Shown: piece by piece, positions 1 to 13,315 of the stretch
Position numbering within the stretch: position 1 is the first letter of the stretch
How the letters are laid out: each line of letters opens with the position of its first letter
Source: the human T2T-CHM13v2.0 reference genome, Homo sapiens
NCBI RefSeq assembly: GCF_009914755.1
Contig: NC_060925.1
Strand: one strand, 5' to 3'
DNA: 64,000 nt
The notes under the pieces: generated by a model
Databases searched by the model: none
The model's input: only the letters and a program-made list of their open reading frames with translations
Told to the model about the DNA's origin: nothing
Program-made: the position numbers and the translations under genes

Positions 1-629
1 CAAAATGACCAGGGCTCCTCACCTGCTGTGTGGCTCCAGCTCTGACCCCCTTGCCTAATGACTGACAGACTCTCCCCTGAGCCTGTGGGAACTTTATGTG
101 GGTCATTTGTGAGTTGGGGGTCCCAACCTCCCTATAGGAAGGAGCCCACCACCAACCACCCTAGTAGGCCCACCTGGGCCTCCTCACTCCACTGGCCTGT
201 GAGACCCAACTGGCCAGACCTGCTGTCCTATTTATATTTTGCTCTTTTTCTCAGTGTGTGTTTTCTGTAATGGTTGTTGCATGGCATTTCCAGATAAGCT
301 GCAGGGTAGAGACTGCTCCCTGCCCCAGAGAACCCCCATACCAAATAGCCCTCACCACGATCTCCTGGGCTGGTTGTGTCTGTGCTCAGCTTGGTGTAAA
401 TGGCGCCTGCAGTGTGCACCATTGAGTGGATCTGTCCACACGGCTGCCTGAGCTGGCATCTCTGTCCTTGTTGCTGAGGCCCATTCTCTTCCCCCACTCT
501 CCACCTGAGCTGCTCTTGAAGCCAAGAGGAGGGATGGAGAGGGACCCCACCCCTCCTGGGGTAAATCTCCACCATGAGGGGGCTGAGCTTGCCCACCCTG
601 TCATCCACTCCTCTGAGCTCCATCTCAGC

Positions 630-930
630 CAGAGGTCAGCCAACTGTAGCCTGTCCCCACCTGCTTTTGTGCCGCCCGTGAGTTAAGAGTGGATTTTACA
701 TTTCCAAATGTTCAAACAAATCAAAACAATTATACTTCACGATGCTGTGAAATTTGAATGTTGCTGGTTCATGAATAAAGCTGTACAGGAATCCAGCCAT
801 GCCTGTTTATTTACAGGTGGCCTGGGGAAGGCTGCTGTCTGGCTACAATGGCACAGTTAAGTCCTTGGCACAGAAAATGGTTGCCAAAGCTGATAATACT
901 GACCCCTTTAGAGAAACAGTTTCCAGCCCA
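630..930 (+). mobile_element. Decayed hAT-Charlie MITE, MER58B-like
   Basis: Resembles recalled MER58B motifs: gcccgtgagttaagagtggattttacattt, aataaagctgtacaggaatccagccatgc, ggctacaatggcacagttaagt, ccctttagagaaacagtttccagccc. Boundaries approximate. Confidence 0.6.
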
Positions 931-1112
931 GGGTTTGAGGTTGTCTGGCAGGACCCCAGACTCTGGGTCAGATCCTTCCCCACTCACAGCTGTGATGGCC
1001 TCCACTGGTATGCCTGTAAAGAAGGGGTGCCAGGGGCCTCCCAAGGGGATGTTGAGGCCTTGTGTGCCAGGTTTCAGTGTGTGTGCTTCACAGTCACTCA
1101 TCTCACCCGCTG

Positions 1113-1373
1113 AGGTCCCGGGCCTGAGGTGGGCCTGCCTGCAGGAACAACTGGTCCTTGGCAGTGGGAACTCTGTGGAGCTGAGCTGCCACCCACCTGG
1201 CAGAGGTCCCATGGAGCTCACTGTTGGGGTCAAGGGTAGTGCAGGGCTGGTGTCCTGGACTGCATGGGCCCCAACTACTGCAGGCGCTGACTTCCTCCCA
1301 TGAAGAAATCAGAGCCAACAGCTGCAGCAGCTCACCCAGTGCGTGCTGTGCCCCTTCCGTGTGCATGTGACAG
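1113..1373 (+). pseudogene. FGFR3 exon-3-like (Ig-I domain) pseudogene fragment
   Basis: Translation AEVPG...[37 protein letters not shown] matches FGFR3 [47 protein letters not shown]. The 3' part ctcacccagtgcgtgctgtgccccttccgtgtgcatgtgacag matches LTQRVLCHFSVRVT. Frameshifted; no GT after the exon end. Confidence 0.85.
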
Positions 1374-3249
1374 AGGGTGCCTGCTGGATCTGCACCAGTC
1401 TGTGGGTAGGAGGCCTTGGTGGCTATGTTCACTGAGTGGCTACCTGGCCCAGGAGTGGCCAAAGGGTCTCAGGAGGTATGGCCACAGCATCCTCTCCGTG
1501 AGGGTCTGTCTGATGATTGGTAGAGAAGAGGGCACCCCCAGGAGGTGAGGGGCTCCAACCCCATCAGTGAGGGACAGCTGGGGTCCTCCTGGGGAAAGTC
1601 AAAGGCTGAGCCCCAGGACAGAAGGACGCTGCCCTCAGCTGAGTAGCAGCAGGCACTTGGACGTGGGCCATCACGGGGCCGCAGCGCACACACCCTGTCT
1701 CCTGCATTGCACCTCGAGAGGTGAGGAAGTTGGGATGCCAAGGCTGAAGACACAGATGAGACCAGACTCCAGGCACTTGGGGCTGGTCTGGGGTAACGCC
1801 TGCTTCCCACTCACCAAGTCTTGCCCTCCACAGGCAGATGAGGGACCAAGGACTTGGGGACAACCTCCCTAGGGTCACACTGACAGTCAGGGTTCCCTTA
1901 GGGTGCAGGAGGGGCTGGGCCACTGACATGGCTCTGGATGCCTGGCCCATGGAGCTCACTGTCTGGGTGAGCTGGCTCTGGGGTTCAGGCTGGGGGTGGG
2001 AAGGGAGCACCCACGCTGCAGATGGGGAGACTGAGACACAGGGCTCTAGGGGTTCCAGGGTTGGAAGGAGGCCAGGGCTGGCCTGTGAGGACTTTGGTGT
2101 TGGCTCTTGGTGAGGTAGGCCATCACAGATGTGAGTGCAACAGGTCACAGGGGCTCAGGAGGCTGCCTGCTGGACCAAGGCCTTGTGGGCAGCAGAAGGC
2201 AACTGTCACATCCCAGTGGAAGGGGAGGTTGGTGATGGGGGTGGCAAAGGGAGAGCCCACAGTGTTTTTCTGACAGATGGGCTGTGGGTGTGAGAGAGCA
2301 GTCAGGGAGACAATGCCTGGGTGATTTGGCCCGGAACAGTGGCAGGGGGACTTTGCCCAGCTGTGGAGGGGTTTTGCTGGGAGGTGTGGCTTCTGGTTCT
2401 GGAAATGCTGAGAGACGTGCAAATGTTGTTGAGGGTCATCAAGGGACAGATGTGTGGAGACAGTTACAATTTGGGGACAGATGGTGTGTTGGCTGAGCCC
2501 CTGGGCCCTCTGGCATGGAGGAGAGAAGGAGGTGAGGAGAAACCAGCCAGGGGGACAGGGCTCAGGGAAAACCAAGCAAGCTGATCCCAAGAGTTGATCG
2601 AATCTGGGATGGGATGAACATTTTCCAGCTTCCTGTTCAGCCCCTGCCCCTCGTCTCCCCTGCACCCACCTGGTTCCCTTGCCCTGAGTCCCTGCTTGTC
2701 CTGAGTCACTTCATGTCCCTGCTTACCTGGCTGTCCTAGGCAGGCGTTTGATGTTTCCACCCCACGTGGGCTGGGGCTGTGAGGGTCACTGGAGGCCACC
2801 TTTCAGAAGGCACCATCTGGCAGTGGGCAGATGTGGCCTCCCAGTCCTGTGAAACAGCCCCCACCACAGCCTGCTGGGCTCTCTCCACCACCCACCCCAA
2901 GAGGCCTAGGAGGGCCACTCACAGCTCTGGGAGGTGCCTCTTTTCAGCTTCTGTTCACAGTTTCCACCTGGACCTAAGCTTCCTCCTCCAAGAGACGGGT
3001 GTGTCTCTGTGGATGGATGGCCAGGAGGTCACTTTGAGAGGGCACTGCCTCCCTCCTGGGAGCCCTGCCTCAGAAAGGCAGGCCAAATCTCAGGTCCTGG
3101 GAAAGAAAACAGTTGGGCTGTGAGGAAGTGGGTGATAACAGCTCTGGACATCAGAAGGAGGAGGTGGCAGGGCCTCAGGCACCTGTCAGGCCACAGAGCT
3201 CTGCAGAGGGTGGTGTAGGGTCTCAGATTCTAGTGAACTACAGCCACCT

Positions 3250-5034
3250 GGCTGCACATCATCTTGCCTGGCTCATCATTTTTTATTGTTGAAAAGTGGA
3301 CATGTTGAATACTATACTGTAGTCAATCTGGATAGCAAATTCTCCTCCCTCCCTAGGCTTTGTGGCTGTTTCTTGTGAGTTGCAGTTGCTTATTTAGTGA
3401 CCATTTCAGTTTATTTTTAAAGCTGTATTATTTGTCATAAGTGCTCACTGATACCTGTGTTTCATTAGTTGTTGGCTCTTGATTTGAGAGAGGATTTTTT
3501 ACATGTCTAGAGAATACACATTTTCTATCTTTGCAATTGTACTCTGCCTCTGTAATAAACCATGCCTTTAACACAGCCACGCAGTTTACAACTCGACTTT
3601 TGTCTTCACTTCCTGTTACTCAGAGAATAAATTTCAAGAATACATGAGATCTTAACCTTTCCCAAAACTTTTGTTGGGGCATGAGCGTAGCATTCTAGAT
3701 TTTTAGAAATATATGGAAGCTTTTCAAAATGCTTCCTTATTTTCCAAATTATCACATCATACTGACTTTCTTTTCAGGCTTTTTAGTGTGTCTATTGTTT
3801 TGACATGTTTTGCTTCATAAGGCAGCAAGATTACTCTTTTTCCCTAGGCATGGATAATTATTCAAGCCAGAGTGGCCCAGCCCTTTGATTCCAGTTGATG
3901 GTCCCTAGGACAGCCTTAATCTTATACAGTAAAGAAAGGAAAATGAAGGTCACCTCTCAAAAGTAGCTGGAGCTGAATTTTGTAAAATTCAGACTCTATA
4001 CATGGAATCTTTTCCCTATACATGGAATCTTTTCCATATACATGGAATCTTTTCCATATGTTCTTTTTAATGTTCACACTCAGCTACATTGTTCTTTGAT
4101 ATCTTTCTTCCTCTTCATTGTGTTGATTTCCAGCAGTAAAATTATCAAATCAGAGTTGTCCTGTCATGTCACATGCATTTCTATGTCGATTTTAACATAA
4201 TCACGTGTTCAGCTTATCTGGGACTGCATATATGAGACACTATACATACGCCCCATGGCAGTGACAGATTCCATTATTTCACTTTTCATAAAGTGTCAAG
4301 TTGGGTCTTCTATCCTGTAATTTTCCTCTAACTATTTAACCATGCCTAAGAAAATGTCTATGTGACCTGTAATGAAAACATAAATAGCCACCAGCATAAA
4401 CAGTCACCAATAGAATAAGTAAGTCTGGGGCAAAAAAGTGCTTCTAACAGAGCAACTCCAACTACGTCTACAGGATCTTTGAGAATTTTTTTTCTATTTC
4501 TAACATTTTTGTTTAATGTATACTTTCTCAGTTTGCCTGATTTCTCCACAAAATTAATTTATATATTCACTTATTAGCCATTTAAGGTTCATAAATATGT
4601 ATTACTTAAATTCATTTTTTTGTACTTAATTGGCACTAAATTTACCCAATGATACTAATGTTTCTAGCTGTGCTAGCTTTGGCACTTGCAATAGTTTTGC
4701 TGCAGTGACCATGCATATTCAACTGGGATGTCCACGAGCCTATGTTTATATAACAGATCTAGACAAAAAATGATTAACTGGCCATCTCCTTGTCATGGAT
4801 GCAGGCTCTGTCTCCTTTCTCATCTTCTACTACTCTACAGTCTTAAATCACATTTTCAAGTAAAACATAATAGAAAAAATTTGTGTCTTTTTTATCAAGC
4901 AAGTAATTCAAATTCTAGGTCCTAGTCTCAAGTCTCTCTCAGAGTGACTCCTGTTCTGTTATTGCTTTTGTCAGACTTCTGTACCTTCCTCTAGGCCCAT
5001 CTATAAACTTTCTTGTAAAATTCAGTTGTAGCAA
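3250..5034. repeat. Inverted duplication, copy A (partner at ~39862-40995)
   Basis: 3250-3524 is the reverse complement of ~40724-40995 and 4473-5034 of ~39862-40427. ORFs 4728-4925(+) and 39972-40157(-) share HLLLLYSLKSHFQVKHNRKNL..YQASNSNSRS. Confidence 0.93.
3997..4059. repeat. 20-bp tandem repeat x3 (tatacatggaatcttttcc[c/a])
   Basis: Three near-perfect consecutive copies. Confidence 0.95.
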
Positions 5035-8000
5035 CAGTGTAAACAAAGTCACCAGGAAGTTTGAACTGGGAAGAGCTCACTGCAGCTTAGCAAGGCCTCT
5101 GTGGCCAGACTATCTCTCTAGATTCTTCCTCTCTGGGCAGGGCATCTCTGCGAAAAAGGCAGCAGCCCATCAGGGACTTATAGATAAAACCCCCATCTCC
5201 CTGGGACAGAGCACCTGGGGGAAGGGGCGGCTATGGGCACAGCTTCAGCAGACTTAAACGTCCCTGCCTGATGGCTCCGAAGAGAGCAGCGTACCTCCCA
5301 GCACAGCGTTCAAGCTCTGCTAAGGATCAAACTGCCTCCTTAAGTGGGTCCCTGATCCCAGTGTATCCTGATTGGGAGACACCTCCCAGTAGGGGCCGAC
5401 AGACACCTCATATGGCAGAGATCTAGCTAGTATCTGGCAGGTGCTCCTCTGGGACGAAGCTTCCAGAGGAAAGAACAGTCAGCAATCTTTGCTGTTCTGC
5501 AGCCTCCTTTACCCAGGCAAACAGGGCCTGGAGTGGACCTCCAGCAAATTCCAGCATACCAGCAACAGAGGGCACTGACTATTAGAAGGAAAACTAACAA
5601 ACAGAAAGGAGAGCATGTCCACTCAGAGACCACATTCGAAGGTCACCAACATCAAAGACCAAAGGTAGATAAATCCATGAAGATGGGGAGAAACCAGGGC
5701 AAAAAGGCTGAAAATTCCAAAAACCAGAACACCCCTTCTCATCCGAAGGATCAAAACTCCTCACCAGCAAGGGAACAAAACTGGACTGAGAATGAGTTTG
5801 ACAAATTGACAGAAGTAGGCTTCAGAAGTTGGGTAATCACAAACTCCTTCGAGCTAAAGGAGCATGTTCTAACCCAATGCAAGGAAGCTAAGAACCTTGA
5901 AAAAAGATTAGACAAATTGCTAACTAGAATAAACAGTTTGGAGAAGAATATAAATGACCTGATGGAGCTGAAAAACACAGCAAGAGAACTTCGTGAAGCA
6001 TACACAAGTTATCAATAGCCAAATCGATTAAGCAGAAGAAAGGATATCAGAGATTGAAGATCAACTTAATGAAATAAAGCAAGAAGACAAGATTAGAGAA
6101 AAAAGAATGAAAAGGAATGAGCAGAGCCTCCAAGAAATATGGGACAATGTGAAAAGACCAAATTTACGTTTGATTGGTGTACCTGAAAGTGACAGGGAGA
6201 ATGGAACCAAGTTGGAAAACACTCTTCAGGATATTATCTAGGAAAACTTCCCCAACCTAGCAAGACAGGGTGACATTCAAATTCAGGAAATACAGAGAAC
6301 ACCACAAAGATACCCCTCAAGAAGAACAACCCCAAGACACATAATTATCAGATTCAGCAAGGTTGAAATGAAGGGGAAAATGTTAAGGGCAGCCAGAGAG
6401 AAAGGTTGGGTTAACTCACAAAGGGAAGCCCATCAGAATAACAGCAGATCTCTCGGCAGAAACCCTACAAACCAGAAGAGAGTGGGGGCCAATATTCAGC
6501 ATTCTTAAGGAAAAGAATTTTCAACCCAGAATTTTTCTTTCTTTTTTTTTTTTTATTATTATACTTTAAGTTGTAGGGTACATGTGCACAACATGCAGGT
6601 TTGTGACATATGTATACATGTGCCATGTTGGTTTGCTGCACCCATTAACTCATCATTTACATTAAGTATTTCTCCTAATGCTATCCCTCTCCCATCCCCC
6701 CACCCCACAACAGGCCCCTTCAACCCAGAATTTCATACCCAGCCAAACTAAGCTTCATAATCAAAGGAGAAATAACATCCTTTACAGACAAGCAAATGCT
6801 GAGAGATTTTGTCACCACCAGGCCTGCCTTACAAGAGCTCCTGAAGGAAGCACTAAACATGGAAAGAAACAACAGGTACCAGCCGCTGCAAAAACATACC
6901 AAATTGTAAAGATCATCATCACTAAGAAGAAACTGCATCAACTAATAGGCAAAATAACCAGCTAGTGTCAAAATGACAGGATCAAATTCACACATAAGAA
7001 TATTAACCTTAAATGTAAATGGCCTAAATTCCCCAATTAAAAGACACAGACTGGCAGGAGGCTCAAAATAAAGGGATAGAGGAATACTTACCAAGAAAAT
7101 GGAAAGCAAAAAAAATTAAAAAATAAAAAAAAGTAGGAGTTGCAATTTTAATCTGTGATAAAACAGACTTCAAACCAACAAAGATCAAAAGAGACAAGGC
7201 CATCACATAATGGTAAAGGTATCAATGCACCAAGAAGAGCTAACTATCCTGAATATATATGCACCCACTATAGGAGGATTCAGATTAATAAAATAAGTTC
7301 TTAGAGACCTAAGAAGAGACTTAGACTCCCACACAATAATAGTGGGAGACTTTAACACCCCACTGTCAATATTACACAGATCAATGAGGCAGAAAATTAA
7401 CAAGGATATTCAGGACTTGAACTCAGCTCTGAACCAAGTGGATCTAATAGACTTCTACAGAACTCTCCACCCCAAATCGACAGAATAAACATTCTTCTCA
7501 GCACCTCATTGCACTTGTTCTAAAATTGACCACATGAAGTAAAACACTCCTCAGCAAATACAAAAGAACAGAAATCATAACCAACAGTCTCTCAGACCAC
7601 AGTGCAATCATATTAGAACTCAGGATTAAGAAACTCACTCAAAACCACCCAACTATCTGGAAACTGAACAACCTGCTCCTGAATGACTACTGGGTAAATA
7701 ATGAAACAAAGACAGAAATAAAGATGTTCTTTGAAACCAATGAGAATAAAGACACAACATATCAGAATCTCTGGAACACATTTAAAGCAGTGTGTAGAGA
7801 GAAATGTATAGCACTAAATGCTTACAAGAGAAAGCAGGAAAGATCTAAAATCGACATCCTAACATCAAAATTCAAAGAACTAAAAAAGCAGAACAAAAAA
7901 ATTCAAAAGCCAGCAGAAGACAAGAAATAACTAAGATCAGAGCAGAACTGAAGGAGATAGAGACACAAAAAAACCTCAAAAAAATCAATGAATCCAGGAG

Positions 8001-10956
8001 CTGGTTTTTTTAAAAAGATCAACAAAATAGATAGACCACCATCCAGACTAATAAAGAAGAAAATACTGAAGAATCAAATAGATGCAATAAAAAATGATAA
8101 AGGGGATATCACCACTGATCCTACAGAAATACAAGCTACCATCAGATAATATTATAAACACCTCTATGCAAATAAAATAGAAAATCTAGAAGAAATGGGT
8201 AAATTCCTGGACACATACACCCTCCCAACTCTAAACCAGGAAGAAGTTGAATCCCTGAATAGACCAATAACAAGTTCTGAAATTGAGGCAGTAATTAATA
8301 GCCTACCAAATAAAAAAAGTCCAGGACCAGATGGATTCACAGCCGAATTCTACCAGAGGTACAGTACAAAGAGGAGCTGGTACCATTCCTTCTGAAATTA
8401 TTCCAAACAACAGAAAAATAGGGAATCCTCTCTACATCATTTTATGAGGCCAGCAGCATTCTGACACCAAAACCTGGCTGAGATACAACGAAAAAAGAAA
8501 ATTTCAGGCCAATATCCCTGATGACTATCAATGGGAAAACCCTCAGTAAAATATTGGCAAACTGAATCCAGCAGCACATCAAAAAGCTTATCCACCACAA
8601 TCAAGCTGGCTTCATACCTGGGATGCAAGACTGGTTCAATATACACAAATCAACAAATATAATCCATCATATAAACAGAACCAATGACAAAAACTACATA
8701 ATTATCTCAATAGATGCAGAAAAGGCCTTCCACAAAGTTCAACACCCCTTCATGCTAAAAACTCTCAATAAACTAGGTATTGATTGAATGTATCTCAAAA
8801 TAATAAGAGCTATTTATGACAAACCCACAGCCAATATCATACTGAATGAGCAAAAACTGGAAGCATTCCCTTTGAAAACCAGCACAAGACAAAGATGCTG
8901 TCTCTTACCACTCCTATTCCACATAGTATTGGAAGTTCTGGCCAGGACAATCAGGCAAGAGAAAGAAATAAAGGGTATTCAAATAGGAAAAGAGGAAGTC
9001 AAATTGTCTCTGTTTGCAGATGACATGACTGTATATTTAGAAAACCCCACCATCTCAGCCTAAAATCTCGTTAAGCTGATGAGCAACTTCAGCAAAGTCT
9101 CAGGATACAAAATCAATGTGCAAAAATCCCAAGCATTCCTATACATCATTAACAGACAAACAGAGAGCCAAATCACAAGTGAACTCCCAATCGCAATTGC
9201 TACAAAGAGAATAAAATACCTAGGAATACAACTTACAAGGGATGTGAAGGACCTCTTCAAGGAGAACTACAAACCACTGCTCAAGGAAATAAGAGAGGAC
9301 ACAAGCAAATGGAGAAACATTCCATGCTCATGGATAGGAAGAATCAGTATCATGAAAATGGCCATACTACCCAAAGTAATTTAAAGATTCAACGCTATCC
9401 CCATCAAACTACCATTGACTTTCTTCACAGAATTGGAAAACACTACTTTAGGCTTCATATGGAACCAAAAAAGGGCCTGCATAGCCAAGACAATACTAAG
9501 CAAAAAGAACAAAGCTGGAAGCATCATGCTACCTGACTTCAAACTATACTACAAGGCTACAGTAACCAAAACAGCATGGAACTGGCACTAAAACAAATAT
9601 ATAGACCAATGGAACAGAACAGAGGCCTCAGAAATAACGCCACACATCTACAACCATATAATCTTTGACAAACCTGACACAAACAAGCAATGGGGAAAGG
9701 ATTCTCTATTTAATAAATGGTGTTGGGAAAACTGACTAGCTATACGCAGAAAACTGAAACTGGACTCCTTCCCTACACCTTATACAAAACTTAACTCAAG
9801 ATGGAATAAGACTTAATCGTAAGACCTAAAATGATAAAAATCCTAGAAGAAAACCCAGGCAATACCATTCAGGACATAGGCATGGGCAAATACTTCATGT
9901 CTAAAACACCAAAAGCAATAGCAACAAAAGCCAAAATAGACAAATGGGATCTAATTAAACTAAAGAGCTTCTGCACAGCAAAAGAAACCACCGTCAGAGT
10001 GAACAGGCAACCTACAGAATGGGAGAAAATTTTTGCAACCTACTCATCTGACAAAGGGCTAATATCCAGAATCTACAATGAACTCAAACACATTTACAAG
10101 AAAAAAACAAATAACCCCATCAAAAAGTGGGCAAAGGATATGAATAGACACTTCTCAAAAGAAGACATTTATGCAGCCAAAAAACGCATGAAAAAATGCT
10201 CATCATCACTGGCCATCAGAGAAATGCAAATCAAAACCACAATGAGATACCATCTCACACCAGTTAGAATGGCGATCATTAAAAAGTCAGGAAACAACAG
10301 GTGCTGGAGAGGATGTGGAGAAATAGGAGCACTTTTACACTGTTGGTGGGACTGTAAACTAGTTCAACCATTGTGGAAGTCGGTGTGGCGATTCCTCAGG
10401 GATCTAGAACTAGAAATACCATTTGACCCAGCCATCCCATTACTGGGTATATACCCAAAGGATTATAAATCATGCTGCTATAAAGACACATGCACACGTA
10501 TGTTTATTGCAGCACTATTCACAATAGCAAAGACTTGGAACCAACCCAAATGTCCAACAATGATAGACTGGATTAAGAAAATGTGGCACATATACACCAT
10601 GGAATACTATGCAACCATAAAAAATGATGAGTTCATGTCCTCTGTAGGGACATGGATGAAGCTGGAAACCATCATTCTCAGCAAACTGTCCCAAGGACAA
10701 AAAAACCAAACACCGCATGTTCTCACTCATAGGTGGGAATTGAACAATGAGAACACATGGACACAGGAAGGGGAACATCACACACCAGGGACTGTTGTGG
10801 GGTGGGGGGAGGGATAGCATTAGGAGATATACCTAATGTTAAATGACGAGTTAATGGGTGCAGCACACCAACATGGCGCATGTATACATATGTAACAAAC
10901 CTGCATGTTGTGCACATGTACCCTAAAACTTAAAGTATAATAATAATAATAAAAGA
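5035..10956 (+). mobile_element. Near full-length LINE-1, defective; 5' part L1PA7/8-like, 3' ~1 kb L1PA4/5-like
   Basis: Partial 5'UTR, ORF1 (5533-6018: REQNWTENEFDKLTEVGF...), ORF2 EN/RT fragments (LFADDM in ORF 8788-9063), ORF2 C-terminus 9831-10817 (CWWDC), 3'UTR and A-rich tail. Many stops before ~9800. Confidence 0.97.
6535..6718 (-). mobile_element. 5'-truncated L1PA 3' end nested antisense in L1 ORF1
   Basis: Poly-T plus L1 3'UTR flanked by 15-bp TSD ttcaacccagaattt (6520-6534, 6719-6733). Confidence 0.93.
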
Positions 10957-12712
10957 AAGATACTATAGAAATGACTACAAATACATATGCATATCAAGAA
11001 TAACGCCACTTTGTTCCCCTGGGACCACAGAAAAAGACTGTAGATATTGTATATCACGGCACCCTAGCACACAACAGAGGCCAATTATGCTTACTAAAAT
11101 GCCTTACTAAATTATGCTTACTAAAATTATGCTTACTAAATGGTAAAACCAGATTGTGAAACAAAAACCTGTACCCCTATAAACTTTATCATTCTAAAGC
11201 CAGGCTTACCCACGTGGACTTCAGTTTACCCCATACATGTCTACATAAGAAAGTACCCAGCAACCTACCTATATGTTATCATATACCCTACCTATATGTT
11301 ATCAAAAAAGGAACCCAGACCCGTCCGGCCCAGCAACAATTCCAGGTCTTTAAGTCATTCTATAAGCATGTAGACCAGAAGTTACCAGGGCCTCCTCCTT
11401 TAGCTGAGAAACTGTTTGCTCAGCTGGCTGAAAACACTGCCAGCAGCCTAGGCGTTTCCGCATGTTATGTTTGTGGAGGAACTAACATAGGAGACCAATG
11501 GACTTAGAAAGCAAAAGAGTTAATGCCACAAGATAACTTTGACTGACTCTTCCCCCGAACCGATGCCCACAGGTTCAAGCGTCTGGCTCTTAAAAACTTA
11601 TTTCATCAGGGGATACTGTGTTGCTCGCTGAGGAAAAGCTTTTACAGACCCAGTAGGAGAATTAATATGTTTAGCACTGCAATATTATAATGAAACACTA
11701 AGAAAAACTTTCTTGCGAGGTAAAAATAGTTCCAAATTACCTCATCCAAATCCATTCTCCTGTTTCTCTTCTCTAAATCATACCTGGTATCAGCTTGAAG
11801 CTCCAAATACCTGGCAGGCACCCTCTGGTCTCTATTGGATTTGTGGGCCACAGGCCTACCAACAGTTACCAGCCAAATGGACAGGGGCTTGTGTACTCAG
11901 AACAATTAGGCCATCTTTCTTTTTGCTTCCACTGCAACACAAGGAAACCTTAGGGTATCCTGTCTATGATGAAATTAAAGGAAGAAACGAAAGAAATGTA
12001 GACATAAAAAAGACATAAAACAGGAGATTAGAAAGACACAGATTGGCCACCTGAAAGAATAATTCAATACTGTGGACCAGCTACCTGGGCACAAGATAGG
12101 TCATGGGGGTACCGCACCCCAATTTACATGCTTAACTGCATCATAAGTTTGCAAGCAGTCCTTGAAATTATCACTAATGAAACAGCAAATGCATTAGACT
12201 TATTGGCCCAGCAGACCACAAAAGTTAGAAACTCCATTTATCAAAATAGACTGGCTTTAGATTATCTCCTAGCCCAGGAAGGAGGAGTATGTGCAAAGTT
12301 TAATCTAACTAACTGCTGCCTAGAAATCGATGACAATAGAAAAGCTATTATCCAAATAACTGCAAGAATGAGAAAATTAGCCCATGTTCCAGTCCAGACC
12401 TGGAAAGGGTGGACTCCTGATTCCATCGTTGGAGGCTGGTTCACCTCTTTTGGTAGACTCAAAACCTTAATAGGAGTAGTTCCAGCCATACTAGGAGGTT
12501 GCTTGATACTTCCTTGCCTTTTACCCCTCCTTGTTAAGAGCATTAAATCAACTATAGAGGCAATTGTAGCTAGGCAGACCACCACTCAGCTAATGGCTCT
12601 GTGTAAATATCAGCCTGTGCCTAAAAAAGAAAAACTGTTCTTTCAAAAAGAATCAAGTAATAGTGATGCTTTCTATTAAAATCTTGTTTATAAAAGCATC
12701 AAATGGGAAAAC
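10957..12712 (+). mobile_element. Class I ERV env remnant (ERV3/HERV15-like), gag/pol and 5' LTR missing
   Basis: [25 protein letters not shown] (SU), [10 protein letters not shown]; TM ORF 12128-12679 with immunosuppressive domain [20 protein letters not shown]6CC and membrane anchor; purine tract aaatgggaaaac before the LTR. Confidence 0.92.
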
Positions 12713-13289
12713 TGAGGCAGAAATTTGAAAATAATGACAATAAGTACGGCATTCATTCACTCCAAGAAAAGTAACAGACAAGGCTATAAGAAGGTTGTGG
12801 TGACCTAGTCTGAGAAGTAAAAGCCAAGGCCCAGAATGTGACAAGGCAAAGCTTAAAAAAAAAAAAAAAAAAGAACAAGTTTTCCTCTGCCTAGCAAGCT
12901 CACTTCAAAGACACTTATAAGGTAATGCTGTCCCTGAAGTCAAAACCAACGGAATAGGCTCCAGACACCCCTCCTCTGGAGCAAGCGTGAAGGAAAAAAA
13001 AAAAAAGACAAATGTCTGTATTTAGACAGTTCTTGTTTTTTCTTTCGAAGCAGCTACAAAGCCGCAAGTTATATGAAGTCATCAGTTATGCTATAGATTA
13101 CGTGACCTGTCAATATATGATTTACTGCCTTTGTTTTGCTCTTGTATGCTAGCCTTTATAAACCAAACTCTTGTTTTTGTTCAAAGCTCATTTTTTTGAA
13201 TGGGAATCCACTGAATCAGTGTGTACCTTAATATAAACATCCTCCTGTTTTCCCATGTAGGTCTCTCTCGTCCTCAGTTTCCCACAACA
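12713..13289 (+). mobile_element. 3' LTR of the ERV (LTR15/LTR4-like)
   Basis: Starts TGAGGCAG right after the PPT, ends ...cccacaaCA; tataaa at ~13157. Subfamily from recall. Confidence 0.85.
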
Positions 13290-13315
13290 GAAATACCGGG
13301 TGCTGAAGGCTTTTT
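13290..13315 (+). pseudogene. 3' stump of a 5S rRNA gene with Pol III terminator
   Basis: gaaataccgggtgctgaaggcttttt versus 5S 3' end GGAATACCGGGTGCTGTAGGCTTT; followed by the same spacer that follows the full copy at 16243. Confidence 0.88.

Noticed and set aside
58-3218. Dense ORFs of 60-194 aa
   Set aside because: GC-rich chance frames; only the FGFR3-like segment has recognisable homology and it is frameshifted.
3997-4059. Regular short repeats as a CRISPR-like array
   Set aside because: Head-to-tail copies with no spacers, in primate DNA.
9831-10817. 328-aa ORF as an active L1 ORF2
   Set aside because: Only the C-terminal region; EN, RT and ORF1 are broken by stops, frameshifts and a nested insertion.
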